DNA of 64,000 nt from Vicinamibacterales bacterium (GCA_965207665.1 CBDBMV010000002.1:3527335-3591334), one strand, 5' to 3'; positions 42,216 through 52,205 are shown, counted from the stretch's first letter. Notes: generated by a model from the sequence alone, not told the origin. Made by a program: numbers and translations.

Positions 42216-43046
42216 TCACCCCGCCGGCTCCTCCGACACGCCCAGCCAGGTGCCGCGGCAGACGATCTCCGCCCAGCCGGTGAGACGGATGCCGTCCGGC
42301 GCCCATTCGACCCGCTGCGATCCGCCCGGCGAAATCACGTCCACGGCCCTGGCCGCACCGCCGAACGCGGCCGCGGCCACCGCCGCCGCGCACGCCCCGG
42401 TGCCCGATGCGGCGGTCGGCCCCACGCCCCGTTCCCAGATCAGCATGCGCAGCCGGTCGGGCCGCTCCACCGCGACCAACTCCACGTTGGTCCCCGCGGG
42501 AAACCGCTCGTGCGTCGCGAGACGCGGGCCCAGGTGCTCGAAGCGCCGCTCCGCGTCCGCAAACGAATCGACCAGCACGATGCACTGCGGGTTGCCGACC
42601 GACAGGACGACCACCGGGACCCGCTCGCCGTCCACTGCAACCGCTTCCTGCCGCAATCCCTGGGGTTCTCCCATGTGGGCACGAAACGTGTAGCGAGAGG
42701 CGCCGGCAGCGAGCAGGGTCAGCGTCTTGACGCCCCCCTCCGTATCGACCACGACGTCTTCGCCGGCGGGCGAACCGTCCGTCGCGGCCATCCACGCGGC
42801 GAGGCAGCGCACGCCGTTGCCCGACACCTCGGCCCGGCTGCCGTCGGCGTTGCGGAGCAGCATCGACGCGCCGGCCGCCGTGCGGCGGTACGCTATCAGC
42901 CCGTCGGCGCCGACGCCGTGGTGACGGTGGCACATGGCGCGCGCCAGCGGACCCAGCGCCTCCTCCGGCAGATCTTCGCCGGAGGTCAGCAGGAAATCGT
43001 TGCCGTAGGCGTGCCCCTTGACGAAATCGAGGCCGCCGGCTCCCAT
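42216..43046 (-). CDS. dapF: Diaminopimelate epimerase-family protein (Ser/Ser active site)
   Basis: KGHAYGNDF, GVGADG, NADGS.AEVSGNG, GNPQC, TNVE, WERGVG.TAASGTG; start ATG 43046. Confidence 0.85.
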   Translation of the reverse strand: MGAGGLDFVKGHAYGNDFLLTSGEDLPEEALGPLARAMCHRHHGVGADGLIAYRRTAAGASMLLRNADGSRAEVSGNGVRCLAAWMAATDGSPAGEDVVVDTEGGVKTLTLLAAGASRYTFRAHMGEPQGLRQEAVAVDGERVPVVVLSVGNPQCIVLVDSFADAERRFEHLGPRLATHERFPAGTNVELVAVERPDRLRMLIWERGVGPTAASGTGACAAAVAAAAFGGAARAVDVISPGGSQRVEWAPDGIRLTGWAEIVCRGTWLGVSEEPAG

Positions 43047-43897
43047 CACGGGGCGTTGAACGCGCGAAAGGCCCATGTGAAGCCGGCGGTAAACCCGAGG
43101 TCCGGGTCGGTCGGCCTGAGTCCGACGACGACGGCGCCGTCGAGCCGCATCGCCCCCCACGTCGCGCGCGCGCCGAGCCTGGCGATTTGGGAGCTCTCCG
43201 TCCCGGCCGGCACGTTCTCCGTGCGCGTGTTCAGTCGGCCGGCCAGCTCGGCGACGACCTCGGTGGTATGCGTCATGGCGCGGGCGATCGACACCCCGTA
43301 GGTCATCACGTCGTTCTGACGGTCGCCCCGCGTCGGATCTCCCAGGATGCCGAACCCCGCGTTCCCCACCACGCGGACCGTGTCCATCGTCTTGCCGACC
43401 AGCAGCGAGGCGTAGAAGTCCATCGCGTCGGTCCCCAGCCCCGCCTCGTTGCTTGCATTCGGCAGCTTCGTCGCGAGATGGAGTCCGAAGCCGGGGGCGG
43501 CGGCGCCCTCGTCGATCAACCGCACCTTGGTGGCGATCACCAGGTCGGCGATGCTCGACGTGGTGTCCCCGCTGAAATCCAGATGACTCGAGAGCGGGCC
43601 CGGCTCCCGCGCGGTCACCCGGTGGCGGCTGAAGGACAGCCCGTCGACCTGCAGCTCGGCGATGTCGCTCAGCCCGAAGCTCAGTCCCAGCAACGGCCCG
43701 CGCACCAGGTTACCCGTGAGGCCGGACACCGGGAACCGCTGCTTTTGCACGTAGTCGAAGCCGGCCTCTATCAACATCACGCCGCCGCCCACCGGTTCCG
43801 GATCCTCGGTGACGAACGGCCGCTGCTGCGCGCTGACCGCCGCCGGCACGGCAAGCGCTAGCAATACCCAGGCCGCCATGGCCGCTCGTACATGCAT
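43046..43897 (-). CDS. Putative outer-membrane beta-barrel protein, paralog 2
   Basis: QQRPFVTEDP, ATKLPNASNE, DPTRGDRQNDV shared with 35253-36107. Confidence 0.75.
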   Translation of the reverse strand: MHVRAAMAAWVLLALAVPAAVSAQQRPFVTEDPEPVGGGVMLIEAGFDYVQKQRFPVSGLTGNLVRGPLLGLSFGLSDIAELQVDGLSFSRHRVTAREPGPLSSHLDFSGDTTSSIADLVIATKVRLIDEGAAAPGFGLHLATKLPNASNEAGLGTDAMDFYASLLVGKTMDTVRVVGNAGFGILGDPTRGDRQNDVMTYGVSIARAMTHTTEVVAELAGRLNTRTENVPAGTESSQIARLGARATWGAMRLDGAVVVGLRPTDPDLGFTAGFTWAFRAFNAP

Positions 43898-43921
43898 CGC
43901 CTGATGGTACCAGCTTTGTTC

Positions 43922-44371
43922 CTAGAAGCCCCGTCCGCTGTCGATGAGCAGCGTCACCGGGCCGTCGTTGACCAGCTCCACCTGCATCATCGCCTGGAAG
44001 CGGCCCGTCCGCACCGTCAGGCCGCTCGCGCGCAACGCGGCGACCAGGTCTTCGTAGATGCCGAGCGCCGCGGCGGGCGGCGCCGCCTTGTCGAACGATG
44101 GCCGCCGGCCGCGGCGACAGTCGCCGTACAGCGTGAACTGCGAAACGACGAGCAGTTCCCCGCCCACGTCCGCGAGCGAGCGGTTCAGCCGGCCGCCGTC
44201 ATCCTCGAACAACCGCAGGTTGCGGATCTTGCCGGCGGCGTACTGCACGTCGTCCGGCCCGTCGTCGCGCCCCACGCCGACCAGCGCGACCAAGCCGCGA
44301 CCGATCCGGGCGCATTCGCTGCCGTCGACGCTCACGCGCGCGGAGCCGACGCGCTGCAGCACGACTCGCAT
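43922..44371 (-). CDS. dtd: D-aminoacyl-tRNA deacylase
   Basis: MRVVLQRV, SQFTL, NDGPVT. Confidence 0.96.
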   Translation of the reverse strand: MRVVLQRVGSARVSVDGSECARIGRGLVALVGVGRDDGPDDVQYAAGKIRNLRLFEDDGGRLNRSLADVGGELLVVSQFTLYGDCRRGRRPSFDKAAPPAAALGIYEDLVAALRASGLTVRTGRFQAMMQVELVNDGPVTLLIDSGRGF

Positions 44372-44408
44372 GGATTGGATGGCACTCCCGCCACCTGCGG
44401 CCTGGCGG

Positions 44409-45200
44409 TCACGACGCGACCGCGGCCGCGGCGCGGAGCGCGGCGGGCGGATTGAGTCGGGTGTCGAGCAGATGCCGGGGCGCGACGTTGCCCAGCGCCT
44501 TGAGCATCGACTGCTTCAGCCCGGGATGCTCCCGATCGAGATCGATCAGCAGGCGCTTGATTCGCTGCCGCTTCAGGCTGAGGTCGCCGCACACCGGGCA
44601 GCAACAGCCGATGACCGGCAGCTCGCAATCCCGTGTATACGCACGCGCCTCGTCCTCGGCCACGTACACCAGGGGCCGGATCACCACGTGCCGGCGATCA
44701 TCCGAAACCAGGCGGGCCGGCATCGCCTTCAGGCTGCCCGCGAAGAACAGGTTGAGCAGCAGCGTCTCGACGAAGTCGTCCGCGTGATGGCCGAGCGCGA
44801 TCTTCGTGGCGCCCACGTCGGCGGCCAGCCGGTAGAGCACGCCGCGGCGCAGCCGCGCGCACAGCGAGCAGGGCGTCGCGTCGGCGTCGAGCACGTCATC
44901 CATGATCTCGCCGATGGCGGTGTGCTCGATGCGGTACTCCCACCCCCGCTGATCGCAGGCCCCGGCGATCGCGTCGTGCCGGTAGCCGTCGTAGCCCGAA
45001 TCGACGTTGACGGCGATCAGCGAGAAGCGTACCGGCGAGCGCCGGCGCAGCACGTCCAGGATCTGCATGAGCGCCCAACTGTCCTTGCCCCCGGACAGCC
45101 CGACCATCACGCGGTCGCCCTCCTCGATCAGATCGAAGGTGGTTATCGCCCGGGTGACCTTGCGCGCCAGCTTTGCTTCCAGATCGCTACCGTAGCCCAT
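44409..45200 (-). CDS. ttcA: tRNA 2-thiocytidine biosynthesis protein
   Basis: SGGKDS PP-loop, CSLCARLRRG, GHHADD, CPVC; start ATG 45200. Confidence 0.92.
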   Translation of the reverse strand: MGYGSDLEAKLARKVTRAITTFDLIEEGDRVMVGLSGGKDSWALMQILDVLRRRSPVRFSLIAVNVDSGYDGYRHDAIAGACDQRGWEYRIEHTAIGEIMDDVLDADATPCSLCARLRRGVLYRLAADVGATKIALGHHADDFVETLLLNLFFAGSLKAMPARLVSDDRRHVVIRPLVYVAEDEARAYTRDCELPVIGCCCPVCGDLSLKRQRIKRLLIDLDREHPGLKQSMLKALGNVAPRHLLDTRLNPPAALRAAAAVAS

Positions 45201-45275
45201 GCCCGCGGGAAGTTTACCAGCCTCCGCCGACAGGTACAATGACGGGAGCGCGCAGGCAGCACCACCCCGCCGCGC

Positions 45276-46409
45276 GTGGCGAACCCCGCGTCCCGGAATG
45301 ACACCGTGATCCCACTGGTCGACCTGCAGGCGCAGCACGAACGCATCCGCGACGAGGTGGAGGCGGCTGCCCTGCGCGTGCTGCGCAGCGGGCGCTACGC
45401 CTCCGGCCCCGAGGTGGCGGCATTCGAGCAGCAGTTCGCCGAGTACTGCGGAACGGCCTGCGCCGTGGGCGTCAACTCCGGGACGAGCGCCCTGCACGTC
45501 GCGCTGGTTGCAGCCGGGATCGGCGCCGGCGACGAGGTCATCACCGTCCCCTTCACCTTCGTGGCCACGGTCGACGCGATTCGCCGCACCGGCGCCGACG
45601 TGCGGTTCGTCGACGTGGACCCCGGCTCGCTCACGATGGACCCGGCTGCGCTGGAAGCCGCGGTCAGCAGTCGCACGCGCGCCCTCGTCCCGGTCCACCT
45701 GTACGGGCAGCCGGCCGACATGGATCCAATCCTGGAGCTGGCGCGCCGCCACGGGCTCGCCGTCGTTGAGGACGCGGCGCAGGCGCATGGCGCACGCTAC
45801 AAGGGGCGGCGCACCGGCAGCATGGGCGACGCGGGGTGCTTCAGCTTCTACCCCACCAAGAACCTCAGCGCGGCGGGAGAGGGCGGCATTATCGTCACCG
45901 ACGATCCCGAGCAGGCGCGCGCCGCCCGCAGCCTGCGCAGTTGGGGACCGACCGATGCCGGCGGCCGCACGGAAGGCGGCGGAAACTTCCGCATGGACGA
46001 GATGCAAGCCGCCGTGCTGCGCGTCAAGCTGCGGCATCTCGACGAGTGGATACGCGAACGGCGGGCTGTTGCGGATCGCTACGACGCCCTGTTGGGTACC
46101 GCGGTGACAACGCCGTCGCGCGTGCCCGGCGCGGAGCATGTCTGCAACGTCTACGCGATCCGCTCGCCGCGCCGGGACGCCATCCGGGCGGCGCTGCTGG
46201 CGGCGCAGGTGGAGTGCGTCGTCCACTATCCGGCGCCGGTCCATCTGCAGGCGCCGTACGCCGACCTCGGCTACCGCGCCGGCGCATTCCCGCACGCCGA
46301 GCAGGCGGCGCGCGAGGTGCTGTCGCTGCCGATGTATCCCGAGCTGTCCGAGCAGCGCCAGTTGGCGGTCGTCAAGGCCGTGCGGCAGGCTGTCGGGGCA
46401 GGATCATGA
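45276..46409 (+). CDS. DegT/DnrJ/EryC1/StrS sugar aminotransferase
   Basis: NSGTSAL, PVHLYG, EDAAQAHG, SFYPTKNL; start may be GTG 45306. Confidence 0.93.
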   Translation: MANPASRNDTVIPLVDLQAQHERIRDEVEAAALRVLRSGRYASGPEVAAFEQQFAEYCGTACAVGVNSGTSALHVALVAAGIGAGDEVITVPFTFVATVDAIRRTGADVRFVDVDPGSLTMDPAALEAAVSSRTRALVPVHLYGQPADMDPILELARRHGLAVVEDAAQAHGARYKGRRTGSMGDAGCFSFYPTKNLSAAGEGGIIVTDDPEQARAARSLRSWGPTDAGGRTEGGGNFRMDEMQAAVLRVKLRHLDEWIRERRAVADRYDALLGTAVTTPSRVPGAEHVCNVYAIRSPRRDAIRAALLAAQVECVVHYPAPVHLQAPYADLGYRAGAFPHAEQAAREVLSLPMYPELSEQRQLAVVKAVRQAVGAGS

Positions 46410-47369
46410 AGCGGGTTCGCTCCGGCTCTCGAGCACCTCGCGCACGGCGTACGGCGGATTCCCCCCGGTGCCGCGCACGGTGCGAATCTGCAGTTCCGCC
46501 AGCAGGCCGAGCCCTACGAGCTGGATGCCGAGCATGAGCAGCAGCATGCCCAGCGGCAGCAGCACCGCGCCGCCGAGCGGCTGTGCGCCGCGGAGGCAGG
46601 CTGCGGCAACATAGCCGGAGACCCCGAATCCAGCCGCACCCAGCAGCAGCCCCGGTGGCCCGAACATCCGCAGCGGGCGCGTCGCGTAGCTGACCAGGCA
46701 CTTCACCAGCAGCAGGTCCAGCAACACGCGGCCGATTCTGGAAAGGCCGTACTTGGAAGCGCCGGAGCGGCGCGGCCGGTGGCTCACCACCATCTCGGCA
46801 ACCCGCGCGCCGCGCGCCGCGGCCAATGCCGGAATGAACCGGTGCAGCTCGCCGAACAGCGCCACCGGCTTGATCGCCTCGGCCCGGTACGCCTTGAGCG
46901 AGCAGCCGTAATCGTGCAGCTTCACCCCCGTCACCAGCGAGATCAGCCAGTTGGCGCACTGCGAGGGGACGCGGCGCGTCAGCCAGCGGTCGGCCCGCTC
47001 GCGGCGCCAGCCGCTGACGAGGTCGAACCCCTCCTCGAGGCGGGCGACCAGCGCCGGAATATCGCGCGGATCGTTCTGCAGATCGCCGTCCAGCGTCACG
47101 ATGATGCGCCCGCGCGCGCGGTCGAATCCGGCGGCGAACGCGGCCGTCTGTCCGAAGTTGCGCCGGAAGCGGATGACGACAAGCCGCGGATCGCGCCTGT
47201 GCAACCCTGCCAGCGCTTCGAACGTGCCGTCCGTGCTGCCGTCGTCGACCAGAATCAGCTCGTACGGCCCGCCGAGCCCGCGCAGCACCGCCGTCAGCTC
47301 CTCGTGCAGCGCGCCGACGTTGGAGGCTTCGTTGTACAGCGGGACGACGACCGAGAGTTCCGGAGACAT
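46404..47369 (-). CDS. GT2 glycosyltransferase, ArnC-like
   Basis: VDDGSTD, RNFGQTAA, DGDLQNDP, GELHRFIP; two C-terminal TM helices. Confidence 0.9.
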   Translation of the reverse strand: MSPELSVVVPLYNEASNVGALHEELTAVLRGLGGPYELILVDDGSTDGTFEALAGLHRRDPRLVVIRFRRNFGQTAAFAAGFDRARGRIIVTLDGDLQNDPRDIPALVARLEEGFDLVSGWRRERADRWLTRRVPSQCANWLISLVTGVKLHDYGCSLKAYRAEAIKPVALFGELHRFIPALAAARGARVAEMVVSHRPRRSGASKYGLSRIGRVLLDLLLVKCLVSYATRPLRMFGPPGLLLGAAGFGVSGYVAAACLRGAQPLGGAVLLPLGMLLLMLGIQLVGLGLLAELQIRTVRGTGGNPPYAVREVLESRSEPAS

Positions 47370-47389
47370 GGATGGCGGGTCGGGACCCC

Positions 47390-47995
47390 TCAGGTCTCCT
47401 CTGGAGACTCACGGTGGCGGCCGCGCCGCATCAACCACACCGCAACCCCGCCGATGACGACCACCGCGATCGCGATCGTGATGGCCCGGCCATGCTCCTC
47501 CAACAGCGCGATGGCCTGATCGCCGTAGCGCACGGAGAGCCACGCCGTGAACGTGTATCGGAAGCCGCGCGCCATGGCGATGACCGCGGCGAACTGCAGC
47601 ACCGGCACGCCGGCGATGCCGGCGAGCAGCACGAACACCTTGAACGGCGACGGCGGCGGCAGGACAGCCGGAATGGCGATGGCCATCGCGCCGTAGCGCG
47701 CGTAGAGCGACAGCGCCTGCTCCATCCGCCGCCCCCCGAACCGGCGCTTTGCCAGCGCCGTGCCGCCCTTGCGGCCGATGTAGTACAGCACCAGGCAGCC
47801 GAGGAGCGACCCGAGGGTCGCCATCATCGCGTAGTACAGCATCCGTTCCTTGTGCTGAATCACCAGGAGCACGACCAACAGGTCGTTGATCTCCGGCAGC
47901 GACAGGAACGAGGAGTCCAGAAATGCGATGAAGAACAACCCGGGCCCGCCTATCGACAGCGCGATGGACTGGGCCCAGGCGACCATGCGGGCCAT
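47390..47995 (-). CDS. YqaA/DedA (VTT-domain) membrane protein
   Basis: FLDSSF, ATLGSLLG, PPPSPFKVF...AG, RGFRY. Confidence 0.85.
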   Translation of the reverse strand: MARMVAWAQSIALSIGGPGLFFIAFLDSSFLSLPEINDLLVVLLVIQHKERMLYYAMMATLGSLLGCLVLYYIGRKGGTALAKRRFGGRRMEQALSLYARYGAMAIAIPAVLPPPSPFKVFVLLAGIAGVPVLQFAAVIAMARGFRYTFTAWLSVRYGDQAIALLEEHGRAITIAIAVVVIGGVAVWLMRRGRHRESPEET

Positions 47996-48040
47996 CGGAT
48001 GGCCGCATTATAGCCAACGGGGACACCGCGGACCCCCGCG

Positions 48041-48742
48041 TCAGAAGCGGAACTGGATCGAGTAGCGGGTGGAGAATCCGCCGAGATCGATCCGTTCCGC
48101 CAGAAATCCCTGGTCGATGCCTACCGTGCCCGCGGCGTGCTGGTAGCGGGCCTCGAAGCCGGCCGCAAACCACGTTCCGATGGGAATGCGGACGCCGCCG
48201 AGGATCACGGTGCCCACATCGGTCCCCGTCGCCACGAACCGGTCGTTGAACACCTCGAAGGTCGTGAAATCGATGAAGTCCCCGACCTCGCTGTAGCGCC
48301 AGTTGAACACGCCCACGCCGCCGCCGACGTACGGCTGGAACGGCGCATTCGTGCCGAATGGATTGACGCGCAGCGTGAACGTGACCGGTGTTATCCGTAG
48401 CCGGAAATCCTGATATATCTCGGAACCGTCGAAGTCGACGTAATCGAGGTATACGCTGGGCACCGTGCTCCGGTAATAGTCCAGCCCCACGCCGAACTCG
48501 AAATGGCGGCCGATGCCGGCCTGCCACTCACCGCCGAACGTCACGTTCGAGAAGTCACTGGGAAAGATGTCGAAGACGGTGCTGTTCTCCAGCAGGACAT
48601 CGTCGTGAATCCGGCCGTCCAGCCCGCGCAGGGAGAATTCGCCGACGTTGAATGCAAGCCACTGCTGGGCCTGGGCCGGTTGACTCCACAGCAGGCCGGC
48701 GGCGAGCACGGCGGCCATGAGCGACATACGGTGTGCTGGCAT
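48041..48742 (-). CDS. Outer-membrane beta-barrel protein
   Basis: Signal peptide (AQAQ), PYVGGGVG, terminal YSIQFRF; start ATG 48742 with GGAGGA RBS. Confidence 0.85.
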   Translation of the reverse strand: MPAHRMSLMAAVLAAGLLWSQPAQAQQWLAFNVGEFSLRGLDGRIHDDVLLENSTVFDIFPSDFSNVTFGGEWQAGIGRHFEFGVGLDYYRSTVPSVYLDYVDFDGSEIYQDFRLRITPVTFTLRVNPFGTNAPFQPYVGGGVGVFNWRYSEVGDFIDFTTFEVFNDRFVATGTDVGTVILGGVRIPIGTWFAAGFEARYQHAAGTVGIDQGFLAERIDLGGFSTRYSIQFRF

Positions 48743-48822
48743 GATCCTCCTCCGGTAATGACCGGCCCGGCGCGCCCGCACCCGATGGCGGACGTTCCCA
48801 ACCGGCGTTCAGAAGAGGTGAG

Positions 48823-48838
48823 TGCACAATCGGTGCCA
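48823..48838 (-). promoter_or_regulatory. Sigma-54 (-24/-12) promoter
   Basis: Minus strand TGGCACCGATTGTGCA with exact GG-N10-GC spacing, about 80 nt upstream of the barrel gene. Confidence 0.7.
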
Positions 48839-48894
48839 ACCCCGGAGGGCAGCCACGGAAGGGAAATTCCGGCGCAACGTGTCCCCGGTGGGTG

Positions 48895-49716
48895 TCAGTC
48901 CGTCCGGTCTGGTGAACGCTGCGCGGCGAACTGGCGGACGACGGCGAGCATCTGTTCGTGCAGGCTGCCGTTGGACGCGAGGACGTCGCCGTCGAAAGGC
49001 GTGAACGGCCGGCCGGCCAGGTCCGTCACGTGTCCGCCGGCCTCCTCCACGATCAGCGCCGCGGCGGCCGTGTCCCACGGGTGCAGGCGCTGCTCCCAGA
49101 ACCCGTCCAACCGTCCCGCGGCCAGGTAGCACAGGTCCAGCGCGGCCGAGCCGAGGCGCCGGACCGCGCGCGCGCGGCGCACGAACGCGCCGAACAGCCC
49201 GACCACCTCGTCGACGGTCTCGTGCACGTCATACGGGAAGCCGGTGCACAGCATGGCGTCGAGCAGGCCCGCTGCCGACGACACCGACAGCGGCGCGCCA
49301 TTCAGGCGGGCGCCGGCGCCGCGCTCCCCGACGAACAGCTCCTCGCGCGACGGGTCGTAGACAGCCCCGACCTCCATCCGCCCGTCGACTTCCAGCGCCA
49401 GCGATGCGCAGAATACCGGCAGTCCGTGCGCGTAGTTCACCGTGCCATCGATTGGATCGAAGATCCAGCGGTGCCGCCCGGCGGCGGCGGCGCCAGCGGC
49501 GTTCGGCAACTCCTCGGCGAGAACGGTGTGATCCGGATAGCGCGCGGCGATCGTTTCGCGGCACATCCGCTCGATCTCCACGTCCACCGGCGTCACGAGA
49601 TCGATCGGCCCCTTCTTCCCGATCTCGAGCGCGTGGCCGCGGCGCGCCACCTGGATCGCGCCGGCGCGCAGGACGATCTCGATGGCCGTCTGCAGCAGGC
49701 CCGGCGCGACCGCCAT
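48895..49716 (-). CDS. suhB: Inositol monophosphatase family protein
   Basis: WIFDPIDGTVNY, GSAALD, PWDTAA; start ATG 49716. Confidence 0.9.
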   Translation of the reverse strand: MAVAPGLLQTAIEIVLRAGAIQVARRGHALEIGKKGPIDLVTPVDVEIERMCRETIAARYPDHTVLAEELPNAAGAAAAGRHRWIFDPIDGTVNYAHGLPVFCASLALEVDGRMEVGAVYDPSREELFVGERGAGARLNGAPLSVSSAAGLLDAMLCTGFPYDVHETVDEVVGLFGAFVRRARAVRRLGSAALDLCYLAAGRLDGFWEQRLHPWDTAAAALIVEEAGGHVTDLAGRPFTPFDGDVLASNGSLHEQMLAVVRQFAAQRSPDRTD

Positions 49717-50150
49717 CAACCGATCTTCTTGACCATCCGGACTTCGGTCCCGCCGCCGGGAACGCGCCGGCAGGTCAGGCTGTCCATGAACTTCCGCATG
49801 AAGAAGAGGCCGCGGCCGCACGACTTGAGGAGGTTCTCGGGCGCCGCCGGATCGGGGACGTCCACCACGTCGAATCCCGCGCCCTGATCCAGGACGCGCA
49901 CGACGACCCGCGCCGGCGCGTCGGCCGGCTCCAACTCGAATTCGACGACGACCCGCTTGGACTCGTCGCCGGTGTTGCCGTGCTTGATCGCGTTCACCAC
50001 CGACTCGCGCACGGAAAGGCTCATCTGGTGCGCCGCGTCGTCGTCGAGGTTGCCCGCCCGGCCCGCGTGGTCGCTGAGGAGCTGGACGAAGTCCAGCATG
50101 TCGAGATGGCTGGGAAACGCCAGGCGCACGGTGTGGCTGGTGTCGGACAT
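49716..50150 (-). CDS. RsbW-like anti-sigma factor kinase
   Basis: ESVVNAIKHGN, DQGAGFD, GRGLF. Confidence 0.88.
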   Translation of the reverse strand: MSDTSHTVRLAFPSHLDMLDFVQLLSDHAGRAGNLDDDAAHQMSLSVRESVVNAIKHGNTGDESKRVVVEFELEPADAPARVVVRVLDQGAGFDVVDVPDPAAPENLLKSCGRGLFFMRKFMDSLTCRRVPGGGTEVRMVKKIG

Positions 50151-50184
50151 GCTTGCGTCGGCGCCTCAGGGTACCATACCTGCC

Positions 50185-51486
50185 GTGATCATCACGCCCG
50201 GCGGGCGGGTCCGCGGCCGGCTGCGAGTTCCCGGTGACAAGTCGATCTCACACCGCTACGCGCTGCTGGCGGCGCTGGCCGACGGCACGTCCACCATACG
50301 CAACTATGCGCCCGGCGCCGACTGCGCATCCACCCTGCGCTGTCTCCGGACGCTCGGCGTCGATGTCCGCACCGCACCGGACGGCGCGGAAGAAGCCGGC
50401 TCCACGGTAGTCGTAGCCGGGCGCGGAACGGGCGAGTTGGGTCCGGCGCACGAGCGGCTGGACGCCGGCAATTCCGGCACCACCATGCGCCTGCTGGCCG
50501 GCATCCTGGCGGCCCGCCCGTTCGAAACCACGATCACCGGCGACGCTTCGCTGCAGCGCCGGCCGATGCAGCGCATCGTCGACCCGCTCGAGAGGATGGG
50601 CGCAAGCATCCGGACCGCCGGCGGCCGGCCGCCGCTCGTCATCCGCGGCGCCGCGTTGCGCGGCGCGACGTACGAGCCGCCGGTGGCCAGCGCCCAGGTC
50701 AAGAGCGCGGTCCTGCTGGCCGGGCTGCACGCCGCGGGCACGACGCAGGTGATCGAGCCGGTCCCGACCCGGGACCACACCGAGCGGGCGCTGCCCGCGT
50801 TCGGCATCGACATCGACCGCGCGAACGGCCGGGTCGCGGTGAGCGGCGGCCAGCACCTCGCCCCGGCGCAACTGCGCGTGCCGGGCGACCTGTCGTCGGC
50901 GGCGTTCTGGGCGTCGGCGGCCACTGCGCTTCCGGGATCCGCGGTGGAGATTGCCGACGTCGGCCTGAATCCGACCCGCACCGCGTTTCTCGACCTGTTG
51001 CAGGCGATGGGCGCGGACGTGGCCGTCGAGCAGACCGGCGTCGCGGCTGGCGAGCCGTTCGGCGCCGTCCGCGTGCGGTACGGCGCGCGGCGGCCGCTGC
51101 GCATCGGCCCGGACCAGGTGCCCGGAGTGATCGACGAGCTGCCGGCGCTGGCCGCGGCGGCCTGCGCCGGCGGCGCACTGGAGGTCCATGGCGCCGCGGA
51201 GCTCCGGGCGAAGGAGAGCGACCGCATCGCGGTGCTGGCGGGCGGACTGCGCGCGCTGGGCGCGGACGTCGACGAGCGTCCCGACGGCTTCGCGATACGC
51301 CCCGCCGCGCTGACCGGCGGGGTCGTGGACGCGGCCGGCGATCACCGCATGGCCATGGCCTTCGCCGTTGCCGCGCTGGCCGCGGCCGGACCGACGACGA
51401 TTACGGGACACGCGGCGGTGGACGTATCCTATCCCGGCTTCTTCGAGGCGCTTGCGGCGATCCGCGAGCTCCCGCGTCCAGCGTGA
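50185..51486 (+). CDS. aroA: 3-phosphoshikimate 1-carboxyvinyltransferase
   Basis: PGDKSISHR, GNSGTT, ASAQVKSA, RDHTE, KESDR, DHRMAM; start GTG 50185. Confidence 0.96.
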   Translation: MIITPGGRVRGRLRVPGDKSISHRYALLAALADGTSTIRNYAPGADCASTLRCLRTLGVDVRTAPDGAEEAGSTVVVAGRGTGELGPAHERLDAGNSGTTMRLLAGILAARPFETTITGDASLQRRPMQRIVDPLERMGASIRTAGGRPPLVIRGAALRGATYEPPVASAQVKSAVLLAGLHAAGTTQVIEPVPTRDHTERALPAFGIDIDRANGRVAVSGGQHLAPAQLRVPGDLSSAAFWASAATALPGSAVEIADVGLNPTRTAFLDLLQAMGADVAVEQTGVAAGEPFGAVRVRYGARRPLRIGPDQVPGVIDELPALAAAACAGGALEVHGAAELRAKESDRIAVLAGGLRALGADVDERPDGFAIRPAALTGGVVDAAGDHRMAMAFAVAALAAAGPTTITGHAAVDVSYPGFFEALAAIRELPRPA

Positions 51487-51983
51487 AGACGGACAAGATC
51501 TACCTGGTCGGATTCATGGGGGCCGGCAAGTCGACGGTGGCCCGCGCGCTCGGCGCGAGCCTCGGCTGGCAGGTCGAGGACATCGACGATGCGATCGTCG
51601 CCCGCGAGCGGCAATCCGTAGCCGACATCTTCGCGCGGCGCGGCGAGGCGTACTTCCGGGAGCTCGAGAGTACGGTGCTGTTGTCCCTCCTGCCGTTGCG
51701 CCACGCGATCGTCGCCACGGGCGGCGGCACGTTCGTGGAACCGGAAAACCGCCGCGTCATCAACGACGACGGCGCGTCGATCTGGCTGGATCTTTCTTTC
51801 GAGCAGGTGGTCGCGCGCATCCCCTCCGACGGCCGGCGGCCGCTGGCCGCCGACCGCGGCACGCTGCTGGCGCTATATCACGCCCGTCGTGCGGCCTATC
51901 AGCATGCCCACCTGCGCCTCGACGCCGGAGAGATCCCCCCCGGCGAGCTCGTCGAACGCATTCGCGACTGGCTCGGCTGCTGA
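51483..51983 (+). CDS. aroK: Shikimate kinase
   Basis: GFMGAGKST, GEAYFRELE, ATGGG, RPL. Confidence 0.95.
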   Translation: MKTDKIYLVGFMGAGKSTVARALGASLGWQVEDIDDAIVARERQSVADIFARRGEAYFRELESTVLLSLLPLRHAIVATGGGTFVEPENRRVINDDGASIWLDLSFEQVVARIPSDGRRPLAADRGTLLALYHARRAAYQHAHLRLDAGEIPPGELVERIRDWLGC

Positions 51984-52205
51984 CCGCATGCCGCACCGTG
52001 CATGGAACTGGGACCGACCCGGGGCGCGCCCGCCCAACAGGGGTCACGACCGGCGCGACGAGCCATGATCGTCACGCCGGCCATCGCCCGGTGTGCTTCT
52101 CCCCGGATCAAGCCCCGACTTACGGTGACTCGCTGGAATGGAAACGACAAGGTAGCGCCAAGGCAATTACCGGTAGCCGGTGCGCCAGGCGGCGCTACGC
52201 GCGCG

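Noticed and set aside
44409-46295. 628-aa ORF suggesting an extended TtcA
   Set aside because: N-terminal part is antisense to the DegT gene; TtcA starts at 45200.
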